Shown here piece after piece: positions 52,579 to 64,000 of a DNA stretch of 64,000 bases. Every line of letters starts with the position of its first letter. Position 1 is the first letter of the stretch. The stretch lies in the NCBI RefSeq assembly GCF_036321535.1, contig NC_087436.1, positions 88,972,001 to 89,036,000 on the forward strand, given 5' to 3'. Source of the DNA: Camelus dromedarius (Eukaryota). The translations under genes and the position numbers were made by a program. Below the pieces are notes generated by a model, which was not told the origin of the DNA, did no database searches, and was given only the letters and a program-made list of their open reading frames with translations.

Positions 52579-55500
52579 TTTCAATTTCCTACCCAAGTTA
52601 AGACTCCTTTTTCATAATGGTTCTTCAAGAGAGATATCAGGAGGAAAGTAACTTATTAAATTTAATAAATTATAATTAAATTTAATAAATAAATAAATAA
52701 AAATAATTTAATAAATTACTTTAAGATTTTATACCATATGAATCCCAATGTTCTTTCTTGGGCCTGCTAGGGGCCTTCTATACATTTTAAACAGGTAGCT
52801 GTTAATCCACCTGTATTTCTGAGCTCCCTTCAGGCAAAGTAACAGTAAATATTTAAGTATTTCAGTTAATGGGGCAGAGCTGTTTTGGTCAAGAAGGCAA
52901 TTCTGGACCATCCTTTGAGGCTTTAACCTCAGGGTTCTCAATTTCAACTACACATTAGGAGAATCACATGGGGTGTTGAACAAAAAATACCGCTGGGTTC
53001 CATCCCTAGAGACTCTGACTTACGTGGTCTGGGTGTGATCTGGTCATACGGAGTTTGAAAAGCTCCTCAGTTGATTCTAATTTATCATCAAGGTTCACCT
53101 GAATCACTGCCTAAGCTTTTCATAGTTTTCTTTTTTTCATCACTTCTTTCATTTCTGAATTCAGCAAACAGTTACGGGAGTCTGCTTCCTGCCAGACATT
53201 GTCTAGAATAGGAAATGGATGTTTCAGGGCCTCTGCTTAGAACAATGGGAGAAACAGCATATAAGCAAACAGCTGCAATGTAATGCGATAAAGACTAGAA
53301 CAGAAGTTTGTTAAAAGAGTTACGGAAACACAGATGAGGCAGCAATTAAAATTCTTTGGGGAATGTGTCTGAATTCACGAGGCTGACTAAATGTTCATGG
53401 AAGGAGCTGCAGGTGGATGGAGAGAAGATTCTAGGCAAAGTAAACAATAGGAAGAAAACCAGAGTGATCAAAACCCCCGCCATACTCTAAAGGTTCTAGA
53501 AGTCTTCGTTACTGTGCTGCTGCCCTTGTTGAGACAATGCTGGTCTAAGTTGACCAGATCTCTTGGTTAGTAAGGGGTCATGTCTACACTTTCCAGATCT
53601 TCACCTTTTCTACTAAGTTTTGTACAAATCATTGGATATCAACACTAGTTTACATTAAAATCATTTGGGGGTGTTTTGTAACAAAGTAATGTTGGCTATA
53701 TACCCACAAAGAGATTCTGATATTATTGATCTAGGGGTGAGTTCTGGCTATTATTATTATTTCTTTTGAAAGCTTCCACATGATTGTCTACAAACAGGCA
53801 GAAGGGACATTTTGGGGGCCCATGGCAGCAGTCTTAACCTAAATTGTGGTGATGATCACAGAACTGTGTACATTTAGTAAACCCCACGGAACTGTACTTT
53901 AAATGGCAGGATTTTATGGCATGTAAGTTACCAAGCTATTAAAAAAGCAAAAGTACAGCACATTTGAAGTGAAAAATCAATCACTCAAAAATTCTCTGGG
54001 GTGACTCTAAATGAGCTGTCTTGATTAAGAACCACTGGCTAAAATCCTAACAGCTCACAGATGTGAAGGCTTTCAGTACAGTGCTTAAAAGAGGTGGCAA
54101 CTGAGAAGAGGGAGGCCTTGCAGGCACAGAACCTTCATCAGAAAGACTGACTGAGCACTTGGCATGCCATTCTAAACGACCGCTACCCCTAAGGACAGAG
54201 TGTGCATGGCAACACATTACATCTAATTTCCAAAATTTCAGTTCACTTAAGTATTTCACTTTAACAACAATTTCAGAGCTTTTAATATATTGTATTCCTT
54301 AGTGCTACACTGGAATAACTGTTATGTGCAATCTTTACTGCCTTTTTAAAATCGAAATGTCTGGTTCAAAGATCAACTTTAAAGGAGAAATCTGATGGCT
54401 TAAGCTACAAGAACATTTTTTTGATAAAGAAAATACATAATGAGGAAGTGTTAAAAGCATTTCTTAATTACATATAAAGCTGAAAAAGAAAAACAAAGGC
54501 CTTCTATTTATTAAGTTCATTCACCAGAATGAAACGAGACATTTATCCAATTGACTTCTAAGAAACTGTTTCCTAGCAGCCAAATCTGAGTTTATACAGA
54601 CAAAATAAAACCCAGTATCTCCCAAATCTTCACAAATTAGCTATCCATAACTTCTTTCAATGGAATGAAAACATAACATTTTAATATTTCCTATATAATT
54701 ATAAGATAATAATTAAACTCATTTAAACTTGAAGGCCCTCCCTTTCCTCTCAATTTATGAACAGGAATAATTTTACATAGATTGCAATGTAAATCACTAA
54801 GTACACCTATATTGCAACACATCTAGTTAAGGTGTACAAATTAGTCAACGTCAAGTCATAGGATAACCTGAAAAGCAGGTCTGAACTGAGAAATAAATGT
54901 GGAAAGCTATAGACAATTTATTTTATTCAAAGATGCCTTCAACTCTGCATAATGAGTTAATAGCTTTTCTTGATTCATCAAACATTTGTAAGAAATTATA
55001 ATTATGATGCTAATGTTGTCAGTTCATGGGCGAAAGTAGGGATCCCAGAATTTAGGGACAAAAGAAGGTTATCATTTTTAATTAACTAGTAAGACTTGAC
55101 TCACAATGATGGGGACTAAAAATCCCCAGAGTAACTCTCTGGAACATAGTATTTCCTAAATCTTGGCCAGGAGCCTGTAAGAAGCAATTTTAAGGGTATG
55201 ACATTTAGCAAAAAGGAGAATCAAAGAAACAAAGTTTTTCTTCAAAAGAATACACAAAGGAGAAGCAATTCCTACTGTGTGATGTTCTGGTTTATCAATC
55301 AGTTCCTTGAGAGTTCGGTTAGAGTGAATCAATATTTTCCAAGTGAAATGACAAAATAGAGTCTGGGGACCCCCCAAAAACTGAAGACTGGACCTTTCCC
55401 TGTAATAATTCTAAATTAGTATAACCCATAGCCAGCTAGCCAGCCAGTTTCACGTCCTTGATTTCTCTGAGATATAGCTTGTAGAACCATAGACTTTAAC

Positions 55501-55754
55501 CTGATTGTGACGATAACACAAAAAGAGACTGATTGGGTTACTAACCTCTCAGATCCTCCTCTTCATACAAACTGGAATCAATATTAATTTGATTCAGGTA
55601 CAAGATGCTAGTTGGAACCTGGTTTTATATTTTACCTTAATAGTAAACTACCAAGCATGATTGTTCAATATGACAATGTGAAAGAGAATGATTGTTAACA
55701 GTGTTGATGTATCTCCTATTAGAAATTCTCAGTTGTCTTTTAAAAAGCACGATT

Positions 55755-56100
55755 GTGGTAGAGATAACTGTGTGTTTACCAAACCTTGTTTCTTTTTCCT
55801 CTTGGGCACCCAGCTAAACTATATTTTCAAGATTCCTTTACAGTTAGGTGCTGCCATGAAACTGGGTTCCAGCTGATGATAATGGGTAGAAGTGATGTTC
55901 ACTATTTCTAGATATATCAGATAAAAATCTCCTTAATAATCTTTCATATACTATCTCTTTCCCTACTCAGACTGAACAGACAGAACTCTGAGGTCTGAGA
56001 GAGGGAATAGCCACCTAACCACCTATGCCTGTATTAAGCCAATATACATACAACCAAGAAATAAATATTAGGTTAAGCTACTAAAATTCGCACCACTTTA
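55755..56100 (+). mobile_element. Old MaLR LTR (MLT1-like)
   Basis: tgtggtag...ttcctcttgggcacccagctaaactatatttt...cagttaggtg...gtagaagtgatg. Confidence 0.6.
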
Positions 56101-56168
56101 ATTATTAAGTTTAGATTAGATTGGAATTTCTGTTTCTGTCTTCCACTAATTGTGCTTCTGGATAGACT

Positions 56169-56285
56169 TCTTTTTTTGGGGGGGGCAGGTAATTAGTTTT
56201 TTTTATACGGGGGTACTGAGGATTGAACCCAAGACCTCATGCATGCTAAGCACACACTCCACCACTGAGCTATTTACCCTCCTCC
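56169..56285 (-). mobile_element. tRNA-derived SINE (Vic-1-like), antisense
   Basis: Reverse complement of the SINE at 2126-2300 (ggtaattag...gggtactgaggattgaacccaagacctc...accactgagcta). Confidence 0.85.
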
Positions 56286-56490
56286 TTTGGAGGTACTCCT
56301 GAATGGCAGAGACTGTCTTATCACTACTGAATTTGCCAGCGCCTGATTAAAGTTAACAGCTGTAATAATGAGAGAAATCACAGAAAGGCTATTTGGGTTT
56401 CAGGTTTAGTCCAACACTGTCGCTCTAGAGACTCACTGATTTTGTTAAACCTAAGGCTGTGCTCTTTACTGAACTTTGGTAAGTGACTTA

Positions 56491-56685
56491 TAGGGTTGAC
56501 AAATAAACTACAAGACGCCCAGTTAAATTACAATTTCAGATAAACAAGGAATAATTTTTTTTAGTGTAAGTATGTTTCCTTTAATATTTAGGGCACACTT
56601 ATAAAAAATATTATTTGTTGCTTACCTGAAATTTCATATTTAACTGGGCATCCGGTATTTTTATTTGCTAAATCTGACAACCCTA
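56491..56685. mobile_element. MER53-like palindromic hAT MITE
   Basis: TIRs TAGGGTTG...CAACCCTA, plus internal inverted gcccagttaaat/atttaactgggc. Confidence 0.85.
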
Positions 56686-56989
56686 GTCACTTCTCTGATC
56701 TCGTTATTTAGACATGGGGATGAAAATGATACTTTCTTAGGATAAGCTACATAAAGAACGTCGCGCATGGAAAACCCTCATTTGCCTTCCAAATCGGGAT
56801 ACTTTAGTAAGACACTTACGGCAAACCTTCAGGTCAATGGCCCCGGCGCACCCCAAAATGTGGTTACCATTATTAGACCGCTTTCTAAAGAGTGCAAATA
56901 AAGTTCGCTAGAACTCTGAACAAAGCTGCCAACTGCTTTGAGAGATCTGCGAACGTGCCTTCAACTAACCTATAAGGGCGTTCAAGCAA

Positions 56990-57560
56990 CGTCGCAACAG
57001 GCAGAAAGGATTCCTTAGTTACAGGGCCAGCCAGAGCTCCGTCTCTGCGCACGCGCACCAGGGCTCTCGCGTCTCCACACCCTCCCACGCCCGGCGGGAG
57101 GGAGTCACGTGGGCGAGCCGCGGCGCCAGAGGAGACGTCGGGGCTTGTCATGTGACCCAGCCTCCAGCTTCACACAGGAATGGAGCCGGAAGAAGGGACG
57201 CCCTTGTGGCGGCTGCAGAAGCTTCCTGCGGAGCTGGGTCTGCAGGTGAGGAGCGCGCAAGGCGCGGAGGCGCGGGCCGGGCTCCCTGACGGCCTTTAGT
57301 GGGGATCGTGCCCGCCGCCCAGAGAAGGGAGGGGGAAGGGGTGTGATTTCGAGTGGCCCGCCCCCTGCTTTCTACTCAGGAGCTAAAGAGGCTGAGGCTT
57401 GGTGCGCCACCCCCACGCACCGGCTTAGGATGACCCCTCCAGGGGCTCTGCGCGCAGACACCCGCCGGGCCGCGCCCGCACGCGGGTGGGGGCCGCCCAT
57501 CCTGTCCCGCGAGCTGCCGGGTGACCCAGGAACCCGGACTCGGGGGGCGGAGTCGCCACG
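56990..57560 (+). promoter_or_regulatory. COMMD8 CpG island/promoter: NRF1-like TGCGCACGCGCA (57046-57057), E-box GTCACGTGG (57104-57112), GTCATGTGAC (57147-57156)
   Basis: CpG-dense segment spanning exon 1; motifs read directly. Confidence 0.8.
57180..57245 (+). CDS. COMMD8: COMMD8 exon 1 (MEPEEGTPLWRLQKLPAELGLQ)
   Basis: ATG in GGAATGG context and donor CAG|GTGAGG; peptide matches the COMMD8 N-terminus. Confidence 0.96.
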
Positions 57561-60500
57561 TAGTCTTTGAAAGTTTGCAACGTGGAGGCGGTGGTTTGCA
57601 GGCTCTCATGTGTTTCATTCATTCATTCATTCAACACAAACCTCCCGAATGCTCCCTATGCACCAGGCACAGTGCTACGTGCTAGGGATACCTTAGTGAC
57701 CTAGAGAGGCATACTCTACCCCCTTGAGGGCGACAGAAAAAAACTGGTAAGTGCTGCCAAAAACTAGGAGACTTACCTTAGGTGGGGTGGTCCGAGGTGG
57801 ACCGTACCTCAAGAAGTGACATGTACATGGGCACCTTCAGTCTAAGAAGGAACCTGGGTTTATGAGGATCTGGAAAAAGCGGCCTTACTCGTTTGTCCAG
57901 CCAACATTTCTTTGAAGTCTACTATGCTGGATGCCCTGATGTGGTAAGGAGACAGCCTGTAGCCTGGTGGACCTCGTCATCTAATAAGGAAACCAAACTG
58001 AGGTATCCATGATAAGTTTATGGGAGAGAGAGCAACCCAGATGTAAAGCGGCAAGGGGAGGTTTTGCAGAGGAGCTACTTAGATTTCTAGATTGGGTCCT
58101 GAAAGATGAGTAGGAATCAGACAGGTTAGAGGGAAGAGTTTCAGGCTGAGAAATAGCAGCTATGAAGGCTAGAGGAAGAAAGCCAGCCCCAGGGGGGCTC
58201 TGCTGTCTTAGAGGCTGAAATTCAGAGAAGCAGATCAGGGAGACTGCTAGACAGGTGAACAGAAGTCAGGTGGCTGGAGTCTGTGTGCCGTGCTCCTGTG
58301 TTTAGCCTTAATGCCTAAGGCCCTGGCAGTTTAAAGTATTGGTTTTGGCAGCAGCAAAATTTTAGTTTGAAGGAGGAGAGAAATGCGGAGACAATGAGTA
58401 CATATAATGAAATTTTGACTGTGAGCTGTGAAAGGAAGAAAACTCAGTGGTTGCTATGAGAGGAAAATCTGAGAAGTGTTTTTTCTTCCTTGAACTTTAA
58501 ATTAAAAAAACAAAACACCTTAGTGCCCCAAGTATTAGACCAGAAGGAAATTTGCGAACCTCTGAAAGGAAACAGTGTATGCAAAATTGAGTTTCAGCCT
58601 GAGCGCTGGAAGCTGTGGTTGTTTGCCCTCTGACTTGAGACTATTGACTAACACTTTGTATTGTAATTAATATATTAATATGTTTACTCGCACCTCTTCT
58701 ATTCCCCAGCAATTCAGGCCTGATTAAGTCTTCCTTGAACACAACTTTTTAACTGGTCCTCTTCCTTCTGGTCCTCTTATTCTGAGCTCCTTCAGGGTAG
58801 ATTCTTTGTGTTATGCCCCCAGTTCTTGAGAGTTCTGTCTGGGTCAAGGTGGGTTCTTAATTAGTGTTTGCTGAAAGAAGGAATCAATTAGTGTTTACTA
58901 AACTCAGCTTTATCGTTGGGGTGGATATCTGCATCCCAAGTTATGGTGGGCTGGCCTTCAGTGTCAATGATACTTAGCTTTAAGTCTCTGTTCTGTTCTG
59001 TTTACAGTGGGTGAAGGTTGAGGGTGATGGCTTAGCCTACATAATGTAGAGAGGTAGGCAGCTTTTATAAGACCCAAATTTCTACCTTTCTCACCCTGTT
59101 CCATTTACAGTTGGGATAGTAGTGGGGAGATGAATAAACTTAGTTGACCCTTAAACTTGATCCAACCCGTATCAAGAAAAACCATCTTAAACCTTTTCTC
59201 TCATTTTACAGATGAGGAAGCTGAAATGTCAGTGGAGGGTTTGGGTAACTTACCCAAAGTTATCAAACTAGTAAGTGGCAGAGTGGGTACAGATGTGCAG
59301 ATCTGTTGATTGTGAGTCTTGTATTAGCTTTCTGCTCCTGTCTTCAGCCTCCCTACGTACTATTTACACAAGGCCCATCGCCTTTACTGTCATGTATGTA
59401 CATAGCTCCTACATCTCTGGATCCAGCCAAAAATCTCTTCCCTGAGGGTCAGGCCTCTGGTTAGATACACCACAGTTACCTTAAATTTAGTAAGTCCTGA
59501 ACCAAGCTACTCATCTTTCTCCGTGACTTACTCCTTCTGTGGTTGTAGCTTCATTTTTGGTTGTGACACAGCCACTTACCCAGTCACTCAACCTGAAATT
59601 GAGTATCATCCTGGGCCCTCCTTTCCACATCTTCTTTGCCTCTCTCCTGCCTCCAGCTTGAGTGTCCTCAACAGTTTAGCTCCCCATAATCTCTTGCTAG
59701 TAAACTGAAGATGGGGGCCTTTAGGCTCACCCTCTTTTTCTCTTTTCTCTCCTTATGGCTCCCAACCTGTAGGCAGATTTATGGAAAAATAATGCAAATA
59801 TATGAATAAGCTGCTTCCCTGTTGAACAAACACAGATTAAAGTCTAGGCTTTTTTTGCGTTGTGTACAAGGCCCTTTACGGTTTGGCCTCTACCAGCTGT
59901 CCAGTCTTGTATCCTGTCATCCCCCAAATTGCGCCATGTGGTGTTACACTTTCATCCTAGGTATATGCAGCTGCTACTAGAAATGCCCTTTTCCTGTTCG
60001 ACCAGCCAGCTACTCATCCTGTAGGACATGCTTGTCCCTCCTTCTTCGGTGCTCCTTTGTACCTTCAGTAGACTTGCATTGTATCTCCTGTCATCCTAAA
60101 TCGCATTTATTTATTGGTAACTGGTTTTCTCTGATGGACTAAGGCTCTGATATGGTAGGACCTTATCTTATTTGTCCTCAGTTTCCTCACTTGTAAAATG
60201 GAGGTAATAACAGGGCTCACTTCACAAAATCACAGTGAAGATCAGCGCAGGGTTTGGTACACAGTTTGTGCTCTATAAACGGTAGCCATTCTTGTTATGT
60301 TTTCTCTGTGTTTACATTGCCTTATTTACTAACTGGAATGAAGTGCTCATTACATATTTGTGAATGAATTAAAAAAAATTATATTCCAAAAAGATAGCAC
60401 TCTTATTTTTCAGTTTGAGTTCTGGGTTTTGCTTTAGCATGGGAGACAGGTTGGGATAAGGTAAAATGTATGTAGGGAATGCTGAATGAATTTCAAATTG

Positions 60501-61628
60501 AGGATGTTGGTTGGTTTATGGTAAATAAAAATTCTGTTCATATAGTGCATTAGCCATCATTTGGAAGTAGGGTCACCAGTTGCTCACCTCTGTTCCAATA
60601 TGTGCGGTGTTATTGAGAAGGAGTTATTTAAAATGGACTGGGATGTGATCCAGGAGAAAAGAGTTGGAAGACTTGCTGCTTAAATGCATTTCCAAGTTGT
60701 TCGGGTTCAAATATTCTTCTTACAAGACACAAATATCTCTTCAGAAAGAAAACCGTATTTATTGTTTGCCTAGAACAGCGCTGGTATAGTAGGTACTTGG
60801 TTAATAGATGTTATAGGCATGGAACATAGGACCGGTAGTGGTAGTAGTAATAGTGATGATAATAATAACAGTAAGAAGAAGAAAAATGATAACAATGGCA
60901 GGCGATGTTTAATGCCAAGAATGCGCCACGTGATTTGCATGTATTCTTATTCAGTCCTTACAACAGCATTGTGGGGATAGAGGCTGTCCTCATTTTACAC
61001 ATGAGGAATGGGCACAGAATGTTTAAATAACTTGGCAAAACTAATAAATAGTGGAAATAAGATTCAGACTAGTCAGTTTTGTCCCAAAACCCACAGTCTT
61101 AATCACTGTGTTCAGTAATGTTTATGTTAGGATTTCCGCTGCAGGCATTAAGTTAGGGTAGAGGGAAAGGAATGTAAAAAAGAAAAAGAAAGGCACTGAG
61201 GGCTTTCTTGGAGGGGAGCAAAAGAAATAAGTTGTGGAAAACGGAGAGAAGGGGTTTGTAGATCCGTAGTTAAAGGATTTTTAGAGTCATACCTTGTTTT
61301 TTTGGTTATTGGTATAAATAGACATGTAAGGAATCCCAAGGAGAAACTTTTGTACCCACCACTTTCCTTTCAGGAACATTAGAGAAACAACATGTATCTA
61401 TAAAATTATTTTAGCTTCTGAAGATGGAAAAAATTATAGAATGGCTGTTTTTTTCCTCCTTTGATGAAGCTTTTTAATTAATAAAATAATGTTAAAGATA
61501 GTTGCATTTCAACCTCAGCTGCTTCTGCAGATAACGTGAACTTCTCCCAACATTTATTTGCTATGAAGGAGATAAATCTGTTTTATAATTTTACTTATAA
61601 TTACATTTATTTCCTTTTTTCTCTCTAG

Positions 61629-61784
61629 CTTCTTCACAAAATAATTGATGGCATTTGTGGCCGAACTTATCCTCTCTATCAGAATTATCAGAATGTTTGG
61701 GATTCAACAGAATGGATGCACGTTCTAGAAGATATTACCAAATTTTTCAAAGCTGCAGTTGGTAAAAATTTATCTGATGAAGAG
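61629..61784 (+). CDS. COMMD8: COMMD8 exon 2 ([52 protein letters not shown])
   Basis: Polypyrimidine tract plus ctAG acceptor, GTAACT donor, 156 nt, phase 0. Confidence 0.96.
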
Positions 61785-62789
61785 GTAACTTCACTCCAAA
61801 TTTCTCTACCTTGTAATAAATAATAATTCATGTTCAGATTTTTTAATAAATTGGTGTTTAGGGCACTGTGTAATACAAGGGCCATCATCAGTAAACATAC
61901 AATAGATAACAATAAAAACCTCATAATTGTGAGTAAGTGGAAAATCTGTGGAAGTTCTGCGGTTTTGTAGTTTTGTTTTGTTTTTTTTTTTAATTGTGAA
62001 ACATTTAAATCATATGGAAGAAAACCAGAAGTTATATAACCGTCACCTATATTCCCGTTACTGCAATTAAACAGTTTGTTAACATTTTACTTTGTGTATT
62101 TAATGTCTGTGCGTGTGTTTTAGAAGAAACAAGGCATTACAGATAATACGTAAATCTCACCCTCCCCTGGAGATTACCACTCATGAAGTTGTGTGCATGT
62201 TTTGTATCCTATATTGTATGAATGTTTACATCTTTCAGCAATATATACAATTATTGGAGCTGTTTAAATGTGTAAGTTGTAAATGGTAACATAGGTATCC
62301 GTTTGTCTTTTTTTCCCACAACATCATGTTTTAGATTTATCAATGTTGATAAATGTAGATTTGGTTTATGTATTTTAAATACCCCTTGCAGTATTTGATG
62401 ATAGAAATTAGTGGGACTTATTTTTTCCATCCTCCCACTGATGAACAGTTGAGTTATTACCTCTTTCATTATTATGAATAGTGCTGCTATAGACATTTTG
62501 TGTGTGTCTAATTGTACACACTTGGGCCGGCTTTTCTAGGATAGACATCTTGAAGTGAGATTACAGGGTCAGGGAGTGTCCTTCCGTTGAATTGCTTTTG
62601 TACCTTTGTCAAAAATCATTTGGGCATGTTTGTGTAGGTTGCCCACTTGAAAAAAAAATGGAGTTTTGTATGTCATTTTGATTTGGATGATATTCTAAAT
62701 ACATGTTCTTAGGTATATGTATTTTAAATGTCTCCTTTTATGTTTGCTGTTTGTTTCTTAATGGGTCTTTTGTTGAATAGAAGTCCTGA

Positions 62790-63318
62790 AATTTTTTTTT
62801 TTGATGTATATATATTTTTATTGATGTATATTCAGTTTATAATGTGTCAATTTCTGGTGCACAGCACAGTGCTTCAGTCATACATGAATATACATATATT
62901 TGTTTTCATATTCTTTTTCACCACAATTTACTACAAGATATTGAATATAGTTCCCTGTGCTATACAGTATGAACTTACCTATTTTACATATATTAGTATC
63001 TGCAAATCTCAAACTCCCAATTTATCCCTTTTTCCCCCCTCCCCCCCAGTAACCATATCTAGATTCCACATATAAGTGATACCATATGGTATTTTTCTTT
63101 CTCTTTCTGTCTTTCTTCACTTACTATGACAATCTCCAGGTCCATCCATGTTGCTGCAAATGGCATTATTTTATTCTTTTTTTTTTTAACATTTTTTATT
63201 GAGTTATAGTCATTTTACAATGTTGTGTCAAATTCCAGTGTAGAGCACGAATTTTCAATTATACATGAACATACATATATTTTATTCTTATTTATGGCTG
63301 AGTAGTATTCCATCATAG
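62790..63318 (-). mobile_element. L1 3' fragment containing a nested younger L1 3' tail (63179-63277)
   Basis: Antisense L1 3'UTR; the inner insertion is flanked by TATTTTATTCTT at 63167-63178 and 63278-63289. Confidence 0.85.
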
Positions 63319-63429
63319 TTGATAAAGTTCTCTTTCCTATCCTTGGGCTTCCAGCCAGTTCCATAGCTTTTAAACTTTTTAAACAGAAAGGCCCTTTCAC
63401 ATATTTTCTGTTTATTTTTCTTTTCATAG

Positions 63430-63582
63430 ATATCTCAGCAGTTGAATCAGTTGAATTCATCTCATCAAGAAGCTATCATGAAATGCTTAAAAAGTAGGAA
63501 AGATGAAATCAAGCAGGCTCTGTTAGAAGAAATAGTTGATATTTCCTCTGCACAGCTGCAGGATTTTGATTGGCAGTTAAAG
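63430..63582 (+). CDS. COMMD8: COMMD8 exon 3 ([51 protein letters not shown])
   Basis: catAG acceptor and GTGAGA donor; 153 nt; phase 0; includes the start of the COMM domain (LQDFDWQ). Confidence 0.96.
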
Positions 63583-64000
63583 GTGAGAATATGCTTATTT
63601 ATGAGTATTTATGTTATTTAATTTCATTTTTTGAATAGAAAGATTTATTTTTTATAATATTACATATCTAAAATTTCTGTTATTTTTGAGAATACATTTT
63701 CCTTAAGTGTCAAAGATGATTAAAACTTTGTCTTTTGCATTAACTTGGGCATCAAGTAAGTACACTGTAGACATCCCAACCATGTATAAAAACATTACAG
63801 TGATAATCAATTTAATTAACTGAAGTTTTATGTCATTGAAGGAGGACTGAAAGACATGTGGATGAAGGAATAGATCTGTGTTCTGTGGCTTTGGTGGGTA
63901 GGACAAAGGCTCAGGTATATAATTTGCAATTAGATGGGTTTGAACTCAACCTAGGGGACACTTATTTAATAACCGCTATGAATATCTGAAAATTATTTTA

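Noticed and set aside
40100..57000. Shared bidirectional promoter for ATP10D and COMMD8
   Set aside because: The genes are head-to-head but ~17 kb apart, each with its own CpG island.

Overview
Mammalian genomic DNA, probably camelid, judging from Vic-1-like tRNA-derived SINEs and lineage-specific L1 3' ends. It holds two divergently transcribed genes. ATP10D (P4-ATPase lipid flippase, minus strand) has a non-coding exon 1 at ~39.7-40.0 kb and coding exons 2-5, then runs off the left edge. COMMD8 (plus strand) has exons 1-3, then runs off the right edge. Introns and intergenic DNA are full of L1, L2, MIR, LTR and MITE relics. The main unexpected finding is a ~2.3 kb decayed endogenous bornavirus-like element in ATP10D intron 1 (~24170-26476, minus strand). 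Hand translation across frameshifts gives a near full-length glycoprotein (G) pseudogene followed by a matrix (M) pseudogene. This G-then-M order is typical of carbo/culterviruses, not orthobornaviruses. A MER5A-type transposon is inserted in M and a (TG)n microsatellite has expanded inside G. The ATP10D 5' leader also carries chained stop-start uORFs ending on the main ATG. Reference protein and repeat sequences were recalled from memory and no searches were run.
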